From: a virus
Lineage: Duplodnaviria; Heunggongvirae; Uroviricota; Caudoviricetes
Strand: one strand, 5' to 3'
Virus record (IMG/VR): IMGVR_UViG_3300033273_000374
Span: 64,001 to 128,000 of that record
DNA length: 64,000 bases
Positions 28,257 to 35,688 of the stretch are shown here, piece by piece. Below the pieces are notes generated by a model. That model had not been told where the DNA came from. It did no database searches and saw only the letters and a list, made by a program, of their open reading frames with translations. How positions within the stretch are numbered: position 1 is the stretch's first letter; every line of letters starts with the position of its first letter. Made by a program: the position numbers and the translations under genes.

Positions 28257-29624
28257 GGTGATTTCAGGAAGGTAATCCTGCAATTTGATATTTCTATTTA
28301 CGTCTAATTTATTGTTAAATTCAAAAAACATTTTCAATACATTGTAATCAATATCGTTATTTCTAACAGTGTCAAGTATGTGGTTTACACATGTGTTAAA
28401 ATTATGATCAGTTTTGTAACTAGACGTTGACACTAATTTTTCACAGTCTGTGATTACTGCAGTTTTGTTTGGGTGATTTCCAAACCACAAGTATGATGGT
28501 TCATCTACCCAGTTAATTAATACAGTGGCATTTGGATATTGTGTGTTTAAATAGTTAACCAATGGATATAGCCTAGCTACATTGTATATACTTACACTTA
28601 TATTGAAACAAACCACCCATTGACTGTTAAGTGTACGGACGTTTTTGGCTAGTTTATTCCAAGTTATTGGATAGCGTATGTAATACAGTGCATCTGCAAA
28701 TCCATCAACACTTACAATAAACTCAACATTAGTAAAGTGTTTAATTACATCCAAAAACTTTTTAGGTAAAACAAAGGCATTTGTGTTTATCTGCAATAAG
28801 AAATCAGTGCGGTTTTGTTCAATACATTCTTTTAAAAAGTTTATAAATTCATTGCTTATAACAGGCTCGCCTCCTGCAACATACAAACGTTTTACATTTG
28901 GTATATCTACAATTGCAAAATCTGTTGGAGGCGATAGTCCAACAAGAGTGTCTGTTAAGCCTAGGTTGTAAAACTCTTTGTCTAACATATGGCTATCGCC
29001 CGGGCAACAAATTCTGCACTGTGCATTACATCTATTGCCTGTGCGAATATCATAGTCTAACACAGTAGTGTTATCAATAAATTGCTCAACACTGCGAAAA
29101 CCTGTAAGTTCTACCATTTGTTTTGTTCTATGTTGACGTGGACTAGGTAAACTAGCAGTTTCTCGTGTGGTGCAAATTTCACAATGTGCAACAGGATTGC
29201 CTGCAATCATGTCCTGCCTAATACCATTCATTATATCATTGTTGTAGTTAAAACTTTTTGTTGTAAGCAGTTTGTTTTGATAGCAACAAAATCTGTATGC
29301 TTCTCCATCATGGTTTTGCACTAGAGCACCAAATGCTGCACCACAAAAACTTTTGTTTTCTTCAAGGTATTGCATCACAGGGTGCTGGCCTATGCTGGAC
29401 AAAAAAGCAGGATCAGCACTGTCAAGTTCAATCAACTGTGCATCACTTGCTATGTCAAGTAGTTCTTGACTAGTTATATCATAATGACTGGTATGATATA
29501 CACCTGCTTGTATTTTTGTGTGTGCATCGAGCACTCCACAATATTCTAAATTGTGACTATGTGCAATAGTTTGTGCAGAATAACCGGCTTGTTCACTGCC
29601 GTCACCTATACAAATTATTAGCAT
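28242..29624 (-). CDS. Radical SAM protein with SPASM/twitch-like Cys motifs
   Basis: GNRCNAQCRIC, AGGEP, INTNA, SVDG; last 5 codons lie inside tRNA-Glu. Confidence 0.85.
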   Translation of the reverse strand: MLIICIGDGSEQAGYSAQTIAHSHNLEYCGVLDAHTKIQAGVYHTSHYDITSQELLDIASDAQLIELDSADPAFLSSIGQHPVMQYLEENKSFCGAAFGALVQNHDGEAYRFCCYQNKLLTTKSFNYNNDIMNGIRQDMIAGNPVAHCEICTTRETASLPSPRQHRTKQMVELTGFRSVEQFIDNTTVLDYDIRTGNRCNAQCRICCPGDSHMLDKEFYNLGLTDTLVGLSPPTDFAIVDIPNVKRLYVAGGEPVISNEFINFLKECIEQNRTDFLLQINTNAFVLPKKFLDVIKHFTNVEFIVSVDGFADALYYIRYPITWNKLAKNVRTLNSQWVVCFNISVSIYNVARLYPLVNYLNTQYPNATVLINWVDEPSYLWFGNHPNKTAVITDCEKLVSTSSYKTDHNFNTCVNHILDTVRNNDIDYNVLKMFFEFNNKLDVNRNIKLQDYLPEITGPFV

Positions 29625-29738
29625 TTATAGTTCTCCTGGGCACCATCCATTCAATTATTTTACCTGTTAAATGGAAAACAGGATTGTATTTAGTGGAAGT
29701 AAGCGAGATTAACTAACCTCTAGACAAAAGGGCTATTA

Positions 29739-29813
29739 TGGCTCCTCAAGATGGATTCGAACCACCGACCGGATGGTTAACAGCCGTCTGCTCTGCCACT
29801 GAGCTACTGAGGA
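29739..29813 (-). tRNA. trnN: tRNA-Asn(GUU)
   Basis: Loop CTGTTAA; one anticodon-stem mismatch; encoded CCA. Confidence 0.9.
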
Positions 29814-29821
29814 ATAAAACT

Positions 29822-29895
29822 TGGTGGAGAATAGGAGAGTCGAACTCCTGATTCTAGAATGCAAATCTAGCGTGATCCCACTTCACTAATTCCCC
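29822..29895 (-). tRNA. trnA: tRNA-Ala(UGC)
   Basis: Loop TTTGCAT; G3:U70 and A73 identity elements. Confidence 0.92.
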
Positions 29896-29901
29896 ATTGT
29901 G

Positions 29902-30111
29902 TTATGTGTCTAGAGGAAGTTTGCTATGCTCATCAATCAAGGCTATAACTTCATCTAAACTGCCACAGATAATTTTTACACCTGCCCAATCTTCTTCACT
30001 GTTGCGACCACGTGCCTCAACAACGAAACCATTTGTTACACGCCTAACTTCAATGGTTTCATCTACTTTAACAAGGCCTTCTTGTTTAAGGCTGGTTGTG
30101 TTGTGTGACAT
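29902..30111 (-). CDS. Small hypothetical protein within tRNA cluster
   Basis: 69 aa; RBS GGAG; TATAAATA at 30122-30129. Confidence 0.7.
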   Translation of the reverse strand: MSHNTTSLKQEGLVKVDETIEVRRVTNGFVVEARGRNSEEDWAGVKIICGSLDEVIALIDEHSKLPLDT

Positions 30112-30131
30112 TCGTTACTCCTATTTATATG

Positions 30132-30207
30132 TGGCGGGAATGACCGGGCTCGAACCGGCGACCTTTGGCGTGACAGGCCAACGCTCTAACCAATTCAGCA
30201 CACACCC
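30132..30207 (-). tRNA. trnD: tRNA-Asp(GUC), degenerate D-arm/acceptor stem
   Basis: TTGGC-CTGTCAC-GCCAA arm and T-arm intact; acceptor has a T-T mismatch; D-stem irregular. Confidence 0.75.
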
Positions 30208-30215
30208 ACAAATTG

Positions 30216-30293
30216 TGGTCTCGGTGGTAGGATTCGAACCTACGATCTCTTGCTCCCAAAGCAAGCGGATTAACCAGACTTTCCTACACCGAG
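30216..30293 (-). tRNA. trnP: tRNA-Pro(UGG)
   Basis: CTTGC-TTTGGGA-GCAAG; encoded CCA. Confidence 0.93.
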
Positions 30294-30295
30294 TT

Positions 30296-30388
30296 TGGCG
30301 GACAGGGAGGGATTCGAACCCTCGGAACGATTAACCATCGTTCAATGGATTAGCAATCCACCGCCTTCGACCACTCAGCCACCTATCC
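30296..30388 (-). tRNA. trnS: tRNA-Ser(GCU)
   Basis: GTGGA-TTGCTAA-TCCAT; long variable arm; G73. Confidence 0.93.
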
Positions 30389-30394
30389 TTGTTG

Positions 30395-30553
30395 TTAAGC
30401 CTTTGCTAGACTACGCAAAAGTTTATCTACTGCAGCCTGTGCTGTTTTACGATCTACACCTTCTGTGCGTTGTACAAATGCAACTGCTTTTTCAACACTC
30501 AATCGTAATCCGTATAGTGCTTCGTGTGCGGCATAATCAACATCTACGTGCAT
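30395..30553 (-). CDS. 52-aa hypothetical protein (not in ORF track)
   Basis: RBS AGGAGA; MHVDVDYAAHEALYGLRLSVEKAVAFVQR...; own sigma70 promoter. Confidence 0.65.
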   Translation of the reverse strand: MHVDVDYAAHEALYGLRLSVEKAVAFVQRTEGVDRKTAQAAVDKLLRSLAKA

Positions 30554-30579
30554 AACAATCTCCTAATGTTTATTGTATT

Positions 30580-30608
30580 ATAATACAACAGAAAGTAAGA
30601 GATGTCAA
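30580..30608 (-). promoter_or_regulatory. sigma70-like promoter
   Basis: TTGACA-17 nt-TATTAT. Confidence 0.7.
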
Positions 30609-30618
30609 TAGAAAAATT

Positions 30619-30650
30619 TGGTGCCTGTAGAGAGGATCAAACTCTCACTC
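30619..30650 (-). pseudogene. Diverged duplicate of the tRNA-Leu 3' end (T-arm, acceptor strand, CCA)
   Basis: GAGTGAGAGTTTGATCCTCTCTACAGGCACCA versus GAGTGGGAGTTCAATTCTCTCTACGGGCACCA in tRNA-Leu. Confidence 0.75.
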
Positions 30651-30660
30651 AAAGCAAATA

Positions 30661-30745
30661 TGGTGCCCGTAGAGAGAATTGAACTCCCACTCCGTAAGGA
30701 AACGGTACCTAAAACCGTCGCGTCTACCTATTCCGCCATACGGGC
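30661..30745 (-). tRNA. trnL: tRNA-Leu(UAG)
   Basis: ACGGT-TTTAGGT-ACCGT; long variable arm; encoded CCA. Confidence 0.93.
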
Positions 30746-30796
30746 ATGTGTGGTGTGTTTGACCCTAGTATAGTGTGGTTGGCCCTATTAAAATTA

Positions 30797-30873
30797 TGGT
30801 GCTGGTGGAGAGACTCGAACTCCCAACATTCTGATTACAAAACAGACGCTCTACCAATTGGAGCTACACCAGC
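30797..30873 (-). tRNA. trnT: tRNA-Thr(UGU)
   Basis: Loop TTTGTAA; encoded CCA. Confidence 0.9.
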
Positions 30874-30878
30874 ATATG

Positions 30879-31391
30879 TTAAATCATATGTAATGCAGCC
30901 TCTGTGGTTTCGTCAACACGACGTGTCCAGCCTCGGCCAAATGTTTCAAATGTACTTAAACTTTCGTAATAGCTTTGACGTTCCGCTTGAAAGTTACGAA
31001 TAGTTTGCTTAATACCGTGCTCGTCAATGTATTCGCCTAACTTTTTAAGTGTATTAGGACCAATGCCGCCGTCAGCAACAGTACCAATCATAGACTGTAG
31101 ATACTTTGCACTCCTACCGGTACCGGCATTAACACCAAAATCAAAAACACAAAGGTCAAGTCCACTGGGCAAATTATCGCCTTTGAGACGGTCCCAGTAG
31201 TTCTTTTTATAAATTGGCTCAACATCTTCGCGTACAAGATCTTTCATGTCTTTGGTGCCACCAAAATCTTCATACACTCGTTTGGTTACACCTAGATTAG
31301 TTTCACCACCTGGATCTGCAGGATGGTTTACATAACCACCTTCGTGATGCAGAATCATTTCCAAACAGGTTACATAGTTTTCAGCAGCCAT
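30879..31391 (-). CDS. Endolysin, glycoside hydrolase family 108 with peptidoglycan-binding domain
   Basis: HEGGYVNHPADPGGETNLGVT; FDFGVNAG; FGRGWTRR. Confidence 0.92.
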   Translation of the reverse strand: MAAENYVTCLEMILHHEGGYVNHPADPGGETNLGVTKRVYEDFGGTKDMKDLVREDVEPIYKKNYWDRLKGDNLPSGLDLCVFDFGVNAGTGRSAKYLQSMIGTVADGGIGPNTLKKLGEYIDEHGIKQTIRNFQAERQSYYESLSTFETFGRGWTRRVDETTEAALHMI

Positions 31392-31428
31392 TACAATTTC
31401 CCATTATGTGCGTATATTATATTTATGA

Positions 31429-31632
31429 TCACCTAGCACTGTGGCTAGGCATTTTGGTCTCAACAAACCAAACATGCTCACGCTTACCTGGATGATACTT
31501 ACGCATACGCAACTTCCTGTCGTTGCGAATTTCATTTAGTGTTTTAGGATATACAAAGTGAAAACTAGCATTGCTGCGAGTCTCACCTTCTGGTATCATC
31601 AATACTTTGTTGTTTTTATTTTTCTTTGCCAT
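31429..31632 (-). CDS. rpmG: Ribosomal protein bL33-like (Cys-less)
   Basis: KLRMRKYHPGKREHVWFVETK resembles bL33 [21 protein letters not shown]. Confidence 0.72.
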   Translation of the reverse strand: MAKKNKNNKVLMIPEGETRSNASFHFVYPKTLNEIRNDRKLRMRKYHPGKREHVWFVETKMPSHSAR

Positions 31633-31765
31633 TGGGGTCTTTGCCTTTATAAAAATATCCGAAGTGTTCTACTCCACCACCATAGGTATCATAATCAAAT
31701 ACATCTTTTTGTGGTACTTCTTTTTTAGACTCTTCTTCAAACTTTAGTGGCGTGTTGTTGTCCAT
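31616..31765 (-). CDS. 49-aa hypothetical protein (not in ORF track)
   Basis: RBS GGGGAG; MDNNTPLKFEEESKKEVPQ... Confidence 0.55.
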   Translation of the reverse strand: MDNNTPLKFEEESKKEVPQKDVFDYDTYGGGVEHFGYFYKGKDPNGKEK

Positions 31766-31798
31766 TGTTTACTCCCCCTGTAAAAACTAAGATATCCG

Positions 31799-31960
31799 TT
31801 ACCCTCGGTCATTGTATATATCACCTGCTAGTGCCTGTATATCATCAATTTGGATTTGAACTTCTTGAGGTGACAAGTTGGCTTGCTCTTTTTCGAGCTG
31901 TTGTGCTTTTTGTTGCATGACGTTGATTTTATCTAGCACTTGTTGGATACTGTGATACAT
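31799..31960 (-). CDS. 53-aa coiled-coil protein (not in ORF track)
   Basis: MYHSIQQVLDKINVMQQKAQQLEKE...; TAATG coupling with upstream ORF. Confidence 0.55.
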   Translation of the reverse strand: MYHSIQQVLDKINVMQQKAQQLEKEQANLSPQEVQIQIDDIQALAGDIYNDRG

Positions 31961-32130
31961 TAGTAATCTCGGCTGGACAGCAGTTCTTTGATTCTAGAAC
32001 CAATCCATTTATCTACAGCTTCTGCTTCTTGTTCTGTTAGATCCCAACGCTTCTGTTTATCTGCAATTTGGTAATTATTGAGTTCCCATTGTAGGGCATG
32101 TAAAAGATGGATTCCAACAGTGTCTAACAA
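31960..32130 (-). CDS. 56-aa hypothetical protein (TTG start, not in ORF track)
   Basis: RBS GGAGG; LLDTVGIHLLHALQWELNNYQ... Confidence 0.5.
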   Translation of the reverse strand: MLDTVGIHLLHALQWELNNYQIADKQKRWDLTEQEAEAVDKWIGSRIKELLSSRDY

Positions 32131-32132
32131 AG

Positions 32133-32504
32133 CTACCTCCGCATATGAGCAATTTCTATGGCTGCATTACTATCCTTGCGAATAGGTACAGCATTTGATT
32201 TGTGCATTGTGGCAATGCCAACTATTTCATCACCAGTGTACACATTTTGTTTTTTAGCAAAACCGTTACCAACACCATTACTTAGCATCGGAAGCTCAAC
32301 ATCGCTCTTGTAGCTAGGAATTTGATTCAAACTAGAACGTTTGCTTTTTGCCTTATCTGCTAGTTGGTCAGGGTGTACACCATGCTTGCGCAGAAACTTT
32401 GCGTGTTTTGCATCTGCGGCAATCTGGCTTTTACTTTTCTTCTTTGCCTTGCGCGGCTTGTAGTTGGTAGTGGTCATGTAAGGACCAACAAGATGCATAG
32501 TCAT
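32133..32504 (-). CDS. Basic hypothetical phage protein
   Basis: 123 aa; GIATMHKSNAVP motif. Confidence 0.7.
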   Translation of the reverse strand: MTMHLVGPYMTTTNYKPRKAKKKSKSQIAADAKHAKFLRKHGVHPDQLADKAKSKRSSLNQIPSYKSDVELPMLSNGVGNGFAKKQNVYTGDEIVGIATMHKSNAVPIRKDSNAAIEIAHMRR

Positions 32505-32506
32505 TG

Positions 32507-32923
32507 TTAGTTAACTCGTTGTCCATTACCAATCCGGTATGCTCGCTCTTCAAGTATACGTTGCTCACGTGCAATACGGTCTGCAATACCTCTTTCACAT
32601 GCTGCTCTTGCTGCTGGATTGTAATCATATACAGAACATTCGTTTTGCACTCTACGTGGTGGTAACGTTGCTGCAGCAGGAGCTTGATGTACTACAACCT
32701 GTTGCGGACGATCCATGTTAGCACCAACTGCGCCACCAACAGCAGTACCAATCACTGCACCTACACCAGTGGCAACTAGCCTTCCTGTACCTTTACCAAT
32801 TGTAGCACCAAGCAAAGCACCAGATGCTCCGCCTACTACTGCACCAGTGTTCTGGTTAGTTGTGTTGCAAGCAGCAAGACCTGCTACTAACAATGGTACA
32901 AAGATTAAGTTGCGCTTTTTCAT
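32507..32923 (-). CDS. Glycine-zipper 2TM lipoprotein (17-kDa surface-antigen-like)
   Basis: LAAC lipobox; GAVVGGASGALLG...GAVIGTAVGGAVG. Confidence 0.82.
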   Translation of the reverse strand: MKKRNLIFVPLLVAGLAACNTTNQNTGAVVGGASGALLGATIGKGTGRLVATGVGAVIGTAVGGAVGANMDRPQQVVVHQAPAAATLPPRRVQNECSVYDYNPAARAACERGIADRIAREQRILEERAYRIGNGQRVN

Positions 32924-32965
32924 AACTATTGATCCTTTGTGTTACTGTTGTCTAACTTATACATT

Positions 32966-32993
32966 AATATAACATGTTTACAGCGTGTGTCAA
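32966..32993 (-). promoter_or_regulatory. sigma70-like early promoter with AACATGTT palindrome
   Basis: TTGACA-16 nt-TATATT. Confidence 0.7.
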
Positions 32994-33000
32994 CCTTTTT

Positions 33001-33282
33001 TTACACACCTTTCATTAAATCTTCAAATTCCCAATTAACATCTGCAATGGCAGCACTGTTTGATGATCTAATAACAAGCAGTGGTTGATTGGTATACATA
33101 AGGTGTGCGCTTTCGTGTCGCTCTAGTTTGTGAAGATGGTGTGGCAGTATGCCGTGTCGTTCAGTGAGGTTATGTATCTCTATATTAGGACTGTATTTAA
33201 GTTTTACCATTAGGCATTGTTCTTCTGTCATGACAACATTGTCATTTTTGCCCTTGATGGTTACACTATAAACCTGTTCCAT
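33001..33282 (-). CDS. Hypothetical protein
   Basis: 93 aa, coupled to upstream ORF. Confidence 0.6.
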   Translation of the reverse strand: MEQVYSVTIKGKNDNVVMTEEQCLMVKLKYSPNIEIHNLTERHGILPHHLHKLERHESAHLMYTNQPLLVIRSSNSAAIADVNWEFEDLMKGV

Positions 33283-33566
33283 TAGTGCTTCAGTGTGGTG
33301 TCTATGCCCGAAAAAGGATCTTGATCCTCTTTAAAAGCCTCTAGCACATGATCTTGTATTTCTTCAACTTCGTCGCTGATGGTCTTTAGCAGTTTCTTAA
33401 CATCATCTGCGCCCAACAGTTGTGTATACAATACCATGCTCAGTTTCATCAGCACACTAGCAGCATACATAGCATCGTCTTCGTTTTGACTGTTGTTGCG
33501 CATGAACTCGTAGAGTTGTGACTCCATGTCCATGAGCTTTTCTTTTTGTACGTCGCCTTTACTCAT
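33282..33566 (-). CDS. Hypothetical helical protein
   Basis: Start ATG 33566 (MSKGDVQ). Confidence 0.6.
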   Translation of the reverse strand: MSKGDVQKEKLMDMESQLYEFMRNNSQNEDDAMYAASVLMKLSMVLYTQLLGADDVKKLLKTISDEVEEIQDHVLEAFKEDQDPFSGIDTTLKH

Positions 33567-33720
33567 TTGTCCAACCACTGGCTCCGGTTACCTTAGGCAA
33601 ACTCCACACTATCAAGGCAATACCAGCAGTGCCAAATCCTAGGATATTCCACGCACTTGCAGTTTCGCTTACACTCGCTGCTAAGATACACAACACTACA
33701 CCAATGCAAAAGCGAATCAT
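33559..33720 (-). CDS. Small two-TM protein
   Basis: Start ATG 33720 (MIRFCIGVVL), downstream of repeated promoter. Confidence 0.6.
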   Translation of the reverse strand: MIRFCIGVVLCILAASVSETASAWNILGFGTAGIALIVWSLPKVTGASGWTNE

Positions 33721-33744
33721 TGTCAACTCCGTGTTTTCTAACTG

Positions 33745-33778
33745 TACACATAATAACATGTTATGTGTTGTTGTCAAC
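33745..33778 (-). repeat. 34-bp exact repeat copy 1, early promoter
   Basis: GTTGACAACAACACATAACATGTTATTATGTGTA, identical to 34326-34359. Confidence 0.9.
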
Positions 33779-33784
33779 CAAAAG

Positions 33785-34309
33785 TTACTCTTTTAAACCT
33801 GCAAGTTCTCTCAGTCTGCTAATAAACCCATGATCATTGCGTTCAGATTCAAAAACAAAAGTATTTGCTTTTTTGTTATTTCTTAACTTGGTATATAATA
33901 CACCTAGTTTGCCAGGCTGTATTGGACCTAGTGCAAAGTCGCTACCATCATTGTTAATAATTCTAGTTCCAGAGCTGTCCTTGACTAATACAGCATCCTG
34001 ATCCCATTGATTACCTAGTTTATGAATGGTTTCTGCGAAAGAATCTGAACTAGAAGGAGCTATTACAAAAATGCTGTCTTCTGATACTTTGCGTTCGTTT
34101 TCAGTTCCTTGGTTTTCAATCCAATACCCATCAACATAAAAGAATCCATATCCTTTTTTGCGTAAATCTGCTGCAAGTGTTTTATTTCTAGCAACATTCT
34201 CTTCGTAGGTATACTCACCTCTGAACGCTGTTAATATAGCAACATTCCTGTCAGGATCGTTGAAGTGTTGCCATACTCTACTTAGGCTGGATTCATTAAT
34301 ATTAATCAT
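33785..34309 (-). CDS. Hypothetical phage protein
   Basis: 174 aa flanked by the two 34-bp repeats. Confidence 0.7.
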   Translation of the reverse strand: MININESSLSRVWQHFNDPDRNVAILTAFRGEYTYEENVARNKTLAADLRKKGYGFFYVDGYWIENQGTENERKVSEDSIFVIAPSSSDSFAETIHKLGNQWDQDAVLVKDSSGTRIINNDGSDFALGPIQPGKLGVLYTKLRNNKKANTFVFESERNDHGFISRLRELAGLKE

Positions 34310-34325
34310 AATCTATTCCTTACTA

Positions 34326-34359
34326 TACACATAATAACATGTTATGTGTTGTTGTCAAC
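34326..34359 (-). repeat. 34-bp exact repeat copy 2, early promoter
   Basis: Identical to 33745-33778. Confidence 0.9.
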
Positions 34360-34617
34360 TCCTAACCGCGACATTTTTTTATTGATTTCGTTGATACGTT
34401 GCTGTTGTAGAGCAATTTTACGCTCAAGTGCTTGCACATAATGATAACTTGGTAGTTTGTTTTGAGTGCCATCTTCACCTAAGCTGATGAAATGATCAGC
34501 ACCTGCCCCTTTGATACCGCCAGCAACACGATTTGGATTCTTGTTGTTACTAGGCTGCTTTTGTGCTGGCTTCGTTGAGTATTGTCGTTGTATGTTGTTC
34601 ATAATCATATTTAGCAT
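34342..34617 (-). CDS. Hypothetical protein
   Basis: 91 aa; overlaps uvdE 3' end by 68 nt. Confidence 0.55.
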   Translation of the reverse strand: MLNMIMNNIQRQYSTKPAQKQPSNNKNPNRVAGGIKGAGADHFISLGEDGTQNKLPSYHYVQALERKIALQQQRINEINKKMSRLGVDNNT

Positions 34618-35653
34618 TTACATTCTGTTGATACATTTGATTGTACAAACCAATGCTGGCAATCTGCTTGCATTTGCTTTCGCACATGATGTCAAACTGT
34701 TCGTTGAAACTCGTAGCCCATTCATTGACTGCATCATTCCAGAACATGTCACTGTGTGCTCTCAGTTTCTGCTTTTTGTAACCTTGTTCTAGTAGGTCTA
34801 CCAAAACCGGTCTATGGTCTTGTCTATAGCCGACGAGATAATCCTCACGACTGACGCTATAATGAATGACAGGCCTAACACCACGCCAACTGTCAATAAC
34901 ACGTCTAACACGATCATCCTCCACTTCTATGTATTCGCCACTGTTTATCCAATGGTGATGTATGTCCAGCACCAATGCTACATGTTCAGCAAGTTCTAGG
35001 CTTGCATCAAGCCCCCATTTGTTTTCGTCGTTCTCTATGGTAAGACAGTTGAGTGCTTCAGGTGATAGTTTGGGCAGTATGTGTTTGATACCTTCTGGCC
35101 CACGTCTACCTGATATGTGGACGTTGCATTTGAAGTCTTGCCAGTTTTTACCATAGCCCATCCACCTTGCAACATCAATATGGTATTCGTATTCTTCAAT
35201 GCTACGCTTTACAATATCATCATTGTCACTGGCAAGCACAACAAACTGGCCAGGGTGTGTACTAAGTCTCACATCGAGACGTCTAGCCAGTTCGCCAACC
35301 TTTGCGAAATGCTTTTCACAATAGTCAATCACATCAGGTAGGCGCCAAAAATAACTCCAGCTGGGCTCAGTATACACAGGAAGTACACCACTTCCAATTC
35401 TAACCATTCTAAGTTCATGAGGCAAACTACCTGTAAATTCTACCAAGTTGTAGTAGGCTTGGATATTGTATTCCATAATATCCCAAAGACGTTGCTCAGC
35501 AACTTCTCTAGTTTGTCTATTCAGCCACGTGACAGTTGTAGCACGACCATTGAGAGGTTGCTCAATCTCCTGCAACAGTTTTTTAGGACGCACCTCTTCT
35601 GGGTGCATGTACTTGCAGGCATAGCCTATGCGTTTTACATCTTGTCTAAACAT
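34550..35653 (-). CDS. uvsE: UV-damage endonuclease UvdE
   Basis: RIGYAC, STHPGQF, IENDE, LDIHHH, RAHSD. Confidence 0.92.
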   Translation of the reverse strand: MFRQDVKRIGYACKYMHPEEVRPKKLLQEIEQPLNGRATTVTWLNRQTREVAEQRLWDIMEYNIQAYYNLVEFTGSLPHELRMVRIGSGVLPVYTEPSWSYFWRLPDVIDYCEKHFAKVGELARRLDVRLSTHPGQFVVLASDNDDIVKRSIEEYEYHIDVARWMGYGKNWQDFKCNVHISGRRGPEGIKHILPKLSPEALNCLTIENDENKWGLDASLELAEHVALVLDIHHHWINSGEYIEVEDDRVRRVIDSWRGVRPVIHYSVSREDYLVGYRQDHRPVLVDLLEQGYKKQKLRAHSDMFWNDAVNEWATSFNEQFDIMCESKCKQIASIGLYNQMYQQNVNAKYDYEQHTTTILNEASTKAA

Positions 35654-35659
35654 ACACAC

Positions 35660-35687
35660 AATATAACAGGTTATAAACTGTTGTCAA
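35660..35687 (-). promoter_or_regulatory. sigma70-like early promoter
   Basis: TTGACA-16 nt-TATATT, containing AACCTGTT. Confidence 0.7.
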
Positions 35688-35688
35688 C

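Noticed and set aside
29897-30555. Plus-strand ORFs 29897-30334 and 30295-30555
   Set aside because: Antisense to tRNA genes; no protein-like features.
34550-34617. UvdE C-terminal ...TKAA as an ssrA-like degron
   Set aside because: The tail comes from a 68-nt overlap with the next ORF; two residues are too little evidence.
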